Part shown: positions 1-6,685 of the stretch, piece by piece
Layout of the letters: each line of letters opens with the position of its first letter
How positions within the stretch are numbered: position 1 is the stretch's first letter
Assembly: GCA_964435675.1 (NCBI GenBank)
Contig: CAYTAW010000001.1
Location: 1 to 39,909, forward strand
Source of the DNA: an uncultured Bdellovibrionales bacterium
GTDB taxonomy: Bacteria > Bdellovibrionota_C > UBA2361 > CAYTAW01
DNA: 39,909 bases
Reading direction: 5' to 3'
The notes under the pieces: generated by a model
What the model was told of the DNA's origin: nothing
The model's input: only the letters and a program-made list of their open reading frames with translations
Databases searched by the model: none
Translations under genes and position numbers: made by a program

Positions 1-99
1 GTAGTTTCCGTTAGCAGCAGATGTGCTGGAGTATCCGTTAGCAGCAGATTTGCTGGAGTATCCGTTAGCAGCAGATTTGCTGTAGTCTCCGTTAGCATA
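1..99. repeat. 27-bp coding tandem repeat (left half of an array split by the window edge)
   Basis: Consecutive units of the form gtagtttccgttagcagcagatgtgct / ggagtatccgttagcagcagatttgct. The same unit occurs at 39793-39909. Confidence 0.9.
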
Positions 100-207
100 A
101 TTGGGATTTGCGCCCTTTGCAAACGCCTCAAAGCCTGACGTACAAATGTTAAACACGTCCGCCAGCGCTTCAATCTCTAGTTCAGCTTGTGATTTTTCTT
201 TTTTCAT
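1..207 (-). CDS. 5' part (codons 1-69) of a nonapeptide-repeat protein; the ORF runs off the left edge and continues in frame at 39909
   Basis: ATG at 207..205 follows GAGAGAAAA. My translation is MKKEKSQAELEIEALADVFNICTSGFEAFAKGANPNYANGDYSKSAANGYSSKSAANGYSSTSAANGNY, ending exactly on a codon boundary at nt 1. Confidence 0.7.
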   Translation of the reverse strand, partial: MKKEKSQAELEIEALADVFNICTSGFEAFAKGANPNYANGDYSKSAANGYSSKSAANGYSSTSAANGNY

Positions 208-236
208 TTTTCTCTCGTTATCCCTACCGTTAATTG

Positions 237-368
237 TTACCTAGAATTCCTATTACTATCCTTCTTGCCGCGCTCTTTTTGGATATCCACTATCTCACTC
301 GCAGCGCACCATCCACATACCGCCAGCACGCTACCGAGCAACACCACTACCGCGCCTTTGAATTTCAT
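237..368 (-). CDS. 43-aa small hydrophobic protein (below the ORF-track length cutoff)
   Basis: ATG 368..366 overlaps the TGA of the upstream ORF (ATGA). Translation MKFKGAVVVLLGSVLAVCGWCAASEIVDIQKERGKKDSNRNSR has one TM-like segment. Confidence 0.45.
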   Translation of the reverse strand: MKFKGAVVVLLGSVLAVCGWCAASEIVDIQKERGKKDSNRNSR

Positions 369-484
369 GAAGCCCCGCACACGTTAAACATGAAATCCAA
401 AGCCCATATCGCCGAGCCGATCATTCCGATCACGCCGGATACGATCAAAACAGCCACAAAACAAATCCCGATTAGCTTTTTCAT
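365..484 (-). CDS. 39-aa small membrane peptide (below the ORF-track length cutoff)
   Basis: ATG 484..482. Translation MKKLIGICFVAVLIVSGVIGMIGSAIWALDFMFNVCGAS. Its stop is coupled (ATGA) to the next ORF. Confidence 0.45.
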   Translation of the reverse strand: MKKLIGICFVAVLIVSGVIGMIGSAIWALDFMFNVCGAS

Positions 485-490
485 ATGCGC

Positions 491-634
491 TTACTCATCA
501 CCTACGCAAGCGCTGCAAAGATCATCTTCGACCCAGCAGCATGCTTGTCCGGTTCGCGCTATGCATTGACTGCAATCGTCATCGGTGCAGCCACACACGC
601 GGCATTCCCGCAAATCGAATGGAGAATAATCCAT
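491..634 (-). CDS. 47-aa cysteine-rich (9 Cys) mini-protein, probable zinc binder
   Basis: ATG 634..632 overlaps the TAA of the upstream gene (TAATG). Translation MDYSPFDLRECRVCGCTDDDCSQCIARTGQACCWVEDDLCSACVGDE. Confidence 0.55.
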   Translation of the reverse strand: MDYSPFDLRECRVCGCTDDDCSQCIARTGQACCWVEDDLCSACVGDE

Positions 635-849
635 TATGGGCGCTCCCCTGTCTCAATGTATGCGTTTCTCAACCAGAGCAGTCCGGCGTTCCACGCCTCT
701 ACTGCGCTCGTTTTTTTAATTTCCGGCCAGACTGATTCGATAACCGGCCTTTTTTTATTGCGCGGCCTGACTTTAAAAAGCTGGACACGGTTGCCGGTGA
801 TTATGGCTTTACGTGTTCCGTGCTCGATGATGTACGGGGACTCGATCAT
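634..849 (-). CDS. Hypothetical early protein (71 aa)
   Basis: ORF track. ATGA overlap with the stop of the 846..1121 ORF places it in the coupled leftward operon. Confidence 0.55.
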   Translation of the reverse strand: MIESPYIIEHGTRKAIITGNRVQLFKVRPRNKKRPVIESVWPEIKKTSAVEAWNAGLLWLRNAYIETGERP

Positions 850-1109
850 ATTTTTGCCCCCGAATTTTCTATGATTCTGCTGACAACGGAAATCACCTGA
901 ATCCGCGCGTCGACCTGCGCAAGCTTGACCTCAAGGGCTTTATACGCGCCCCATATTACCCGGTAAGCGTGATCATCCTGCATGATTACCTTGACCAGCT
1001 GCTCGACCGGCATTTCGAATATTTCCCGCGCGCATATGCCAAGCTGGCCGACACATGCCGCGTTATGAATCTCCTGGTCGTGATCGTGCAACACTGAAAC
1101 TTTATCCAT
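846..1109 (-). CDS. Hypothetical early protein (87 aa; alternative start 1121)
   Basis: ORF track 846..1121. The internal ATG 1109 has GAGG about 8 nt upstream. Confidence 0.55.
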   Translation of the reverse strand: MDKVSVLHDHDQEIHNAACVGQLGICAREIFEMPVEQLVKVIMQDDHAYRVIWGAYKALEVKLAQVDARIQVISVVSRIIENSGAKI

Positions 1110-1281
1110 GGCCTGCCTCACTTACGTTATCGGTTTCGACGATTTGCAGCCCGAGATGCATGGCAATAAAATACATGCCATTGCGCAAAATCTCGTCCCG
1201 CTCAATTTTCCTCGGGTGAGCGACGACATTACGTATCGCCCGCCCGAGGTCTTTGCTTAACTGATCTTCTATGATCGTCAT
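1102..1281 (-). CDS. Hypothetical early protein (59 aa)
   Basis: The internal ATG 1281..1279 of ORF 1102..1341 forms an ATGA overlap with the RecT stop (1280..1278). Confidence 0.5.
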   Translation of the reverse strand: MTIIEDQLSKDLGRAIRNVVAHPRKIERDEILRNGMYFIAMHLGLQIVETDNVSEAGHG

Positions 1282-2453
1282 GCAGCCGCCTGATGCACGC
1301 CGCCGACCTTGACCATGCGCTCGCTGTAGCATTCCAAACACCAGTTGAATTTCGGCGGGCTCTCGCGCTCGAGCACGTCGATATTTTTCTGGTTCATATC
1401 GCGGAGTTTTTCGAGCGACTGCGCGTCAACCATGCAGGATACAGCATCACCCCATGATACGCTGAAAGCCTCCCAATCGGTTTTCGTGGTATCTGATGCC
1501 AGCGGCTTGGTGGTGATCGCGCGGGGCTGTCTTAGGGCTGCGGGTACGTCATCGACGATATTGCTTTTTGCAGCTGCCGCGTTTTGCTCGATTACTTCGC
1601 CGGTGGCCGGATCGTGCTGTTCACCAGCAAAATTATCCAGCTTTTTAGCGCGTTTCTTTTCTGGAACGGCTTCGGTGGCATCAATAACGTCGCCTTCGAT
1701 AATGATCTCCCCATATTCGTCGGCGGTGAACTTTTTACCTGCGTCAATTAAATCTTCGACCGCCGCCGCTTTTTGCACGCTCATAGGCAGATATTTAGCG
1801 ATTCGACGGATGACGGTTTTTTTCGCCATTTCGTTAAAGTGCTTTTCCCATGGAGATTCGGCTGTTTTGTTGTATTTCTTCGCCGATTGCCAGCCGGACG
1901 ATTGATCGCGCACCGTCCGAATTTCATCAATAGTCATGTAATCCCAATGGAATCCACCGTCTTTGAAGCGCGCAAGCGCCCAAAAGCCTATGACATCCCC
2001 GCGCACACCGCTTGAAGGCTGTTCATGCCTGAAAGGGATTTCATCATGCCATGTGATTTTAAAGATATCGTTGGCGCATACCTCTTTGGCAATGATATTA
2101 CTTACTTCGCCGCTGCGGCGCGCCAGGTCGATTAGCCCCTTATAGCCAACTATAAATTGCACCTTACCAGCGAACGGTATTAGATACGCCTGCCCAAGCA
2201 CGCCATCGGGCTCCAATCCCAACTGAGCGGAGCGCATCACCGCGCTGTATAGACTTTGCTTGTCGCACTCGAGTAGCTTGGGCGTGTTCTGTATCGCCGT
2301 GAGCGCTACTCGCACCATGCGGTCGGGGGTAATATGCTTTGGCAGCGCCATCGCAAATTGCGGCTTCATTTTTTCAAACACCTCGCGCACGGTGTCAATT
2401 GGCTTAGCCTGTTTTTGAGCAACGGCGGTGCTGCTGCTGGTGGTGGTTGTCAT
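1278..2453 (-). CDS. recT: RecT-family single-strand annealing recombinase with a long C-terminal extension (391 aa)
   Basis: Motifs typical of RecT: PKLLECDKQSLYSAVMRSAQLGLEPDG..GQAYLIPF..VQFIVGYKGLIDLARRSG. Start chosen at ATG 2453, an ATGA overlap with the exonuclease stop. The upstream 36 codons of the track ORF are rejected. Confidence 0.85.
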   Translation of the reverse strand: MTTTTSSSTAVAQKQAKPIDTVREVFEKMKPQFAMALPKHITPDRMVRVALTAIQNTPKLLECDKQSLYSAVMRSAQLGLEPDGVLGQAYLIPFAGKVQFIVGYKGLIDLARRSGEVSNIIAKEVCANDIFKITWHDEIPFRHEQPSSGVRGDVIGFWALARFKDGGFHWDYMTIDEIRTVRDQSSGWQSAKKYNKTAESPWEKHFNEMAKKTVIRRIAKYLPMSVQKAAAVEDLIDAGKKFTADEYGEIIIEGDVIDATEAVPEKKRAKKLDNFAGEQHDPATGEVIEQNAAAAKSNIVDDVPAALRQPRAITTKPLASDTTKTDWEAFSVSWGDAVSCMVDAQSLEKLRDMNQKNIDVLERESPPKFNWCLECYSERMVKVGGVHQAAA

Positions 2454-3349
2454 GCTGCTTTTTCCTTCTCTTCTGTAATGGTTAACTGCTGATATGAGGT
2501 GGCTTTCACCAAATATTCTTTTTTGCTGATGATTGTTTTTTTGATAATGAATCCGCTGCACAGCGCTCGCCCTGCATCCCCCATTTTTTGCAGCACTGCG
2601 GCTTTTGCGGCTTTTTCTTCTTTCTCTGCATCCTTACGGCGCTCGGCGGCAATTAGCGCGGTTGCGCATAATTCCGGCAACTCATTATCAGCGGATAAAT
2701 CCACCAGTCTTTGTGACTCTGGGTATAATTCCTTCAAAATTTCATAGTCATCAGCAACGGCCTTTGGCTGATGACCCGAACGCACTGATCCCCAGAAATT
2801 GCGCACAGCGTCCTTAATCCTTGCAATTGCGCCTGGGTGAGCGTCGTATTCGAAAACCTTAAGGTCATTACCGCCAACCAAGACGGCGATTGCTCCCCAC
2901 ACCAGCCCCGTGCAAGCGAGTTCGTGCTGAAGCTGCAGCTGATATTGCAACGGCGGTTGACCATCTTCCCATTTCATAAAAATCAGACGGTCAACGTTTT
3001 TTATTTGCAGCAGGCCAAGTACATCACTCCCAGCCTTGCATGCTATTCGATCGGGCGTGCATGCCATTCCCGGTGTATCGTCGCAGGTGTAATATGTTCG
3101 CGGGTTTGAAATGCTCCACCCTTTTTCCGACTCGACTCCGCGCGCTACGGCATCCTCAATCATGCGCCCCCAAAACATGCGGGTGGTATCCTCAATCTCG
3201 CCGCTTATTTCCCCGCGTTTGCTAAGCCATAGTTCAAGATGTGTCAGGTAAGAGCACGCATTGAACAGCGCAGCTATCTCGCTGCCGCCGACATTGTGCG
3301 CGCGTAGTTCTCGCCAGTGATCTTCGTTTTTGATTGCAATTATACCCAT
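2450..3349 (-). CDS. YqaJ/lambda-Exo-like PD-(D/E)XK recombination exonuclease
   Basis: N-terminal W..LR...VGGSEIAAL, followed by LQIKNV and QLQLQHEL motifs typical of YqaJ viral recombinase exonucleases. Translationally coupled to recT. Confidence 0.8.
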   Translation of the reverse strand: MGIIAIKNEDHWRELRAHNVGGSEIAALFNACSYLTHLELWLSKRGEISGEIEDTTRMFWGRMIEDAVARGVESEKGWSISNPRTYYTCDDTPGMACTPDRIACKAGSDVLGLLQIKNVDRLIFMKWEDGQPPLQYQLQLQHELACTGLVWGAIAVLVGGNDLKVFEYDAHPGAIARIKDAVRNFWGSVRSGHQPKAVADDYEILKELYPESQRLVDLSADNELPELCATALIAAERRKDAEKEEKAAKAAVLQKMGDAGRALCSGFIIKKTIISKKEYLVKATSYQQLTITEEKEKAA

Positions 3350-3597
3350 TACTTCACCTCCGCCACGATTGTCTCGGCTGTATCGGCCGCGCGTTTGATT
3401 TCAGAGGCGAAGGCGGCGCAAACCGGCTCGTCGGTGCGTATCGTGCCCATGTCGTCGCACGTGCGCAGCAACACGCTGCTACGGTCTACCGACTGTTCCG
3501 TGGCCTGCTGCGGCTCCGAATAAGCGATAACCGCTGTGATGTACGCCGCCGCCAACGCGAAAACTATTATTGAAATGATCAGGTCGCGCAGGGTCAT
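3349..3597 (-). CDS. Small membrane-anchored hypothetical protein (82 aa)
   Basis: ORF track. N-terminal TM segment LIISIIVFALAAAYITAVIAY. TAATG overlap with the exonuclease start. Confidence 0.55.
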   Translation of the reverse strand: MTLRDLIISIIVFALAAAYITAVIAYSEPQQATEQSVDRSSVLLRTCDDMGTIRTDEPVCAAFASEIKRAADTAETIVAEVK

Positions 3598-3893
3598 ACT
3601 TCCCCCTTTGCTTTAGCGATGGCGGCGCGGGCTTTCGCCTCTTCATCAACCAGCCATTGTGAGCCATTGCTGTTTTGTGCACGCTTCAATTCATCGGCGG
3701 CGCGTTCCAAAGCCTCCAACAGCTCAGGCGCGGCGGCTATTAGGCGGGCGTTGGCTTCAACTTCTCCGGTTAGGCGGCTGCTTCCACAATCTGCAACTTT
3801 GAGTTCATCTGGGCCAAAAACGGCATTCTTGAAATTTGCGTATTTATCCGCGCTTATTTCCCAAGGCCCCGGCGTGTGTTGTGTGTTTGTCAT
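3594..3893 (-). CDS. Conserved phage hypothetical protein (TPGPW ... ANARLIAAAPELLEAL type)
   Basis: ORF track 3594..3902. I prefer ATG 3893, which forms an ATGA overlap with the upstream stop. I recall the GPW / NA.LIAAAPELL motif pair from many prophage early proteins. Confidence 0.65.
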   Translation of the reverse strand: MTNTQHTPGPWEISADKYANFKNAVFGPDELKVADCGSSRLTGEVEANARLIAAAPELLEALERAADELKRAQNSNGSQWLVDEEAKARAAIAKAKGEV

Positions 3894-4012
3894 ATAATCC
3901 ACGACCTCACGATCATCATTCCCAGAATCAGGGCGGTAATCGACGCCACCGCCAGTTTGATAGCCATCATGTCGATGGACCTTTTTTCCGCCTTAAGCTC
4001 TTCCATTGTCAT
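3890..4012 (-). CDS. 40-aa single-TM peptide
   Basis: ATG 4012..4010 follows GGAGG and forms an ATGA overlap with the stop of 4009..4359. Translation MTMEELKAEKRSIDMMAIKLAVASITALILGMMIVRSWII. Confidence 0.5.
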   Translation of the reverse strand: MTMEELKAEKRSIDMMAIKLAVASITALILGMMIVRSWII

Positions 4013-4347
4013 AACGCCTCCATGGTTGCTGTTGGTTTTTCGATAAGCCCGTATGCCCGCGGCTTGTAGTCCGACATTCTTTTCGGGCGAATCTTCGGAT
4101 AAGAAATCGGGGCAAGCAGGTCGTGCCATACGGGGTTCGTGCAAAACGGCTCGCCATCGGCGCCATACACATGGCCGTTGCGAACATTTACCTGTTTATT
4201 GTTGATCCATGCCCGGCACACCCTGCCCGAAGCCCAATGCTCAATGGTGCGAACGGCGGATTCAAGATCGCCTACGGTTTCATGAAGCGTGTATTCCCTA
4301 TCCGTGCCTTGGTGGAATACAGCTTCAGCTTCGTAATAATCGGGCAT
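4009..4347 (-). CDS. First gene of the leftward early operon, hypothetical (112 aa; alternative start 4359)
   Basis: ORF track 4009..4359. ATG 4347 has GGAG 8 nt upstream. Confidence 0.6.
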   Translation of the reverse strand: MPDYYEAEAVFHQGTDREYTLHETVGDLESAVRTIEHWASGRVCRAWINNKQVNVRNGHVYGADGEPFCTNPVWHDLLAPISYPKIRPKRMSDYKPRAYGLIEKPTATMEAL

Positions 4348-4375
4348 ATATCGCTCCATCTGTTCTGATGAAGCT

Positions 4376-4403
4376 ATATTACATTAAATGTAATAATATA
4401 CAA
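4376..4403 (-). promoter_or_regulatory. Putative leftward early promoter (PL analogue)
   Basis: On the minus strand: TTGTAT (4403..4398), a 16-nt spacer containing the operator, then TAATAT (4381..4376). The architecture matches the rightward promoter at 6652-6679. Confidence 0.55.
4379..4393. promoter_or_regulatory. Operator OL1: TTACATTAAATGTAA
   Basis: 15-bp inverted repeat TTACAT-N3-ATGTAA. It recurs at 4411, 6662 and, with one mismatch, at 6628. Confidence 0.65.
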
Positions 4404-4410
4404 GCTTAAA

Positions 4411-4425
4411 TTACATTATATGTAA
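4411..4425. promoter_or_regulatory. Operator OL2: TTACATTATATGTAA
   Basis: Identical to the site at 6662-6676. Its centre lies 32 bp from OL1. Confidence 0.65.
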
Positions 4426-4475
4426 TATTATCTTTTCCCCTTCCGGTGCAATCACTTACGGGTGATCATTCCTAA

Positions 4476-5237
4476 ATGGGGGAAAAAAACAAAAGAAATA
4501 GACCTAAAAAAATAGAATTCCAAAGTTTGCTTGGCAAGGTACACCATATGGATTGCATCAAACTGATGCACAAATTGCCGCCGTCAAGCATAGGGCTGAT
4601 TGTCACTTCACCGCCCTATAATATCAGAAATAGCACCGGTAACGGGTTTAATTGCCGCTCAAAGGATCTTTGGTCATGCGCCGGACTTAGAGACGGTTAC
4701 GACGGGTACTCTGATAATATGCCATACCATGACTATATTGCCTGGCAGCGTGAATGCTTGAATGCGATGATGCGGGTCCTAAAGGAAGATGGAGCCATTT
4801 TTTATAACCATAAATGGCGCGTACAAAATGGGCTATGGCAAAACCGCTCCGAAATAGTCGAGGGTTTTCCGGTAAGGCAAGTGATAATCTGGCATCGAAA
4901 AGGAGGCATGAATTTTAATCGTGGCTATTTTCTTCCAACATATGAGGTCATCTATTTAATCGCAAAACGTGAGTTTAAGCTTGTATCCAAAGCAAATGCG
5001 CATAGTGACGTATGGGAAATAGCGCCAGCTCGTGGAAATGATCATCCAGCCCCCTTCCCTGTTGAACTGGCACAACGTTGTATTGAATCAACGAATGCCG
5101 ATATCGTGTTAGATCCTTTTATGGGAAGCGGAACCACTGCTTTAGCTGCCGAGAAGCTAGGTCGTCAATGGATTGGCTCTGATATTTCGGGCAAATACTG
5201 CTTAGGGGCAAAAAAGCGGATAAAGAAAATGCGCTGA
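4476..5237 (+). CDS. Beta-class DNA methyltransferase (N4-cytosine or N6-adenine), orphan
   Basis: Motif IV TSPPY is N-terminal and motif I DPFMGSGTT is C-terminal, the beta-class order. No adjacent endonuclease. Sequence is visibly A+T-richer than the phage backbone. Confidence 0.85.
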   Translation: MGEKNKRNRPKKIEFQSLLGKVHHMDCIKLMHKLPPSSIGLIVTSPPYNIRNSTGNGFNCRSKDLWSCAGLRDGYDGYSDNMPYHDYIAWQRECLNAMMRVLKEDGAIFYNHKWRVQNGLWQNRSEIVEGFPVRQVIIWHRKGGMNFNRGYFLPTYEVIYLIAKREFKLVSKANAHSDVWEIAPARGNDHPAPFPVELAQRCIESTNADIVLDPFMGSGTTALAAEKLGRQWIGSDISGKYCLGAKKRIKKMR

Positions 5238-5239
5238 TC

Positions 5240-5761
5240 CTATTGCATATTTTGTTTTGCTGTAACAATACCGTTATCTACATACACATAACGGCCATTG
5301 CCATAAATCCACTGCTGGGAATAGTGCATTTTTGTTTCCGTAGAATTTACAGATTCAGGATAACCAGCAGCAAGAACAGCACATTCATATGGACTTCCGA
5401 TTACTACGCGCGCCTCTGATATAGATTTTAAATATGGCCTGCATTTTGGGCTTTTAATCATCATTTTTCTTTTGTTCTCATATTTTTCTTCGATAGGGCC
5501 TATATCGCATGCTGCATTGTAATTTACCGCATATGCGCATATTTCTCTTAAATCAGCCATATCGGATGATACAATAATAAAATTCGCCAGATTATTACTT
5601 TTTAAGCCTTTTTCAATTTTTGCCTTTAGTTCCTCTGCATCAGATATGTAATGGTTTCCCCATACTTTATTAAAATTTTCCATCGCCGCATTATGCCTAT
5701 CCCTAATTTGTTGTTGGGCGCAGGCTGTTAATAGCAATACAATCAAGGACAAATATTTCAC
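5240..5761 (-). CDS. Lipoprotein (173 aa), candidate lysogen-expressed envelope protein
   Basis: MKYLSLIVLLLTAC has a lipobox (LTAC). GTG start. A+T-rich. Same strand as, and downstream of, the repressor. Confidence 0.7.
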   Translation of the reverse strand: MKYLSLIVLLLTACAQQQIRDRHNAAMENFNKVWGNHYISDAEELKAKIEKGLKSNNLANFIIVSSDMADLREICAYAVNYNAACDIGPIEEKYENKRKMMIKSPKCRPYLKSISEARVVIGSPYECAVLAAGYPESVNSTETKMHYSQQWIYGNGRYVYVDNGIVTAKQNMQ

Positions 5762-5765
5762 AAAT

Positions 5766-6137
5766 CTACCTAAATAAATCGCGCGTGTTACTCACCACTA
5801 CCGACTTTTCCTCAATCATCCATTCCGATACTTCTTTCCAGTTCGTTCCCTTGCCGATATCAGCAATATATGGAAATTTACGTAACGCCTCTTCTTTAAT
5901 TGCGCGACGCTCTTCTAATGGCAATTCATTCCATTGGCGAATTGGCTTTTCTGCATGATTAATATTTGTAATTACGGTGTTATGGTGCGGAGAAGTAAAA
6001 TTTATACCTCCAATGATCATCGCCAAGAAAATAATCGATATAGCGAATATAAAGCCTAGATTGCTGGATGGTTTTGGTGCCGGCATCAGCTCCCTGGCCT
6101 TCTCAACTATATCGTCAATGAGTTCCCGATTTGACAT
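5766..6137 (-). CDS. Single-pass membrane protein (123 aa; the track start 6170 is a TTG)
   Basis: TM segment LGFIFAISIIFLAMIIGGINF. ATG 6137 overlaps the repressor 3' end by 23 nt. Confidence 0.6.
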   Translation of the reverse strand: MSNRELIDDIVEKARELMPAPKPSSNLGFIFAISIIFLAMIIGGINFTSPHHNTVITNINHAEKPIRQWNELPLEERRAIKEEALRKFPYIADIGKGTNWKEVSEWMIEEKSVVVSNTRDLFR

Positions 6138-6633
6138 CTTTAAGCCCAGATTTATATAATGCCAATTCAATTACATTTTCATCGTAATCGATTTTATTGT
6201 TAGCCCGCCATGCTTCCGACTTTATTACGATCTCATAAATAGCGGCTACGAATCTATAGAATTGCTCATCGCTAAGCTTCATTTTCTTTTTAGCGTTAAG
6301 GCTAGAAGCCAGCATGCCGCACGCTGAAAGAAGATTATAATCGAGCGGAGCTTTTGCTATATCCTCTACTCCATAAATTTCAGATGGGGTCCATCCCAGC
6401 CCTTGATATAGTTTCATAGCACGGTCGGGGGTAATCATGACTTTACCATTTACGCGCTGACTCACGTCCGCATCGCCTACTCCCCATAATTTGGCGATAT
6501 CAGCGGGCTTTATCTGATCACGCTCCATAAGCGCTGCCAAATTATTCGGATGCGGTGCATTCGCACTATCAGTTTTTTTTGGTCTACCCATGCGGGGTAT
6601 TATTACATGTTCCGTAACGTTAGAATATTGCAT
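6115..6633 (-). CDS. Prophage repressor (CI analogue), HTH protein without a recognisable S24 peptidase domain
   Basis: HTH-like IKPADIAKLWGVGDADVSQRVNG. Divergent from the Cro-like gene across an operator-containing 52-bp region. No Ser/Lys autocleavage motifs seen. Confidence 0.7.
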   Translation of the reverse strand: MQYSNVTEHVIIPRMGRPKKTDSANAPHPNNLAALMERDQIKPADIAKLWGVGDADVSQRVNGKVMITPDRAMKLYQGLGWTPSEIYGVEDIAKAPLDYNLLSACGMLASSLNAKKKMKLSDEQFYRFVAAIYEIVIKSEAWRANNKIDYDENVIELALYKSGLKDVKSGTH

Positions 6634-6642
6634 GATATGTAA
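6628..6642. promoter_or_regulatory. Operator OR2-like: TTGCATGATATGTAA (one mismatch)
   Basis: Overlaps the repressor ATG (6633..6631). Confidence 0.45.
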
Positions 6643-6651
6643 TTTTGTATG

Positions 6652-6679
6652 TTGACTATAGTTACATTATATGTAATAT
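6652..6679 (+). promoter_or_regulatory. Putative rightward early promoter (PR analogue)
   Basis: TTGACT (6652-6657), 16-nt spacer, TAATAT (6674-6679). The predicted start lies at or next to the Cro-like ATG (6686), implying a leaderless mRNA. Confidence 0.6.
6662..6676. promoter_or_regulatory. Operator OR1: TTACATTATATGTAA
   Basis: A perfect copy of OL2, embedded in the spacer of the rightward promoter. Confidence 0.65.
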
Positions 6680-6685
6680 AACGAT

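Noticed and set aside
1-99. Regularly spaced 27-bp repeats at both window edges could suggest a CRISPR array.
   Set aside because: The units are directly adjacent with no spacers. They keep an open reading frame (nonapeptide repeats) and sit inside a gene with a normal start and C-terminal domain.
234-874. Plus-strand ORFs 234-569, 485-874 and 541-735.
   Set aside because: They are antisense to a contiguous, translationally coupled minus-strand gene chain. Their translations are low-complexity and lack RBSs.
1345-1905. 186-aa plus-strand ORF opposite recT (and similar ORFs at 1773-2015, 2499-2747, 2837-3109).
   Set aside because: These are shadow ORFs on the antisense strand of well-supported RecT and exonuclease genes. 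The composition is Ser/Ala/Cys-rich and typical of antisense frames.
3890-4187. 84-aa (3890-4144) and 64-aa (3993-4187) minus-strand ORFs.
   Set aside because: They overlap the better-supported 4009-4347 gene. Only the last 40 codons of the first, starting at the RBS-preceded ATG 4012, are retained.
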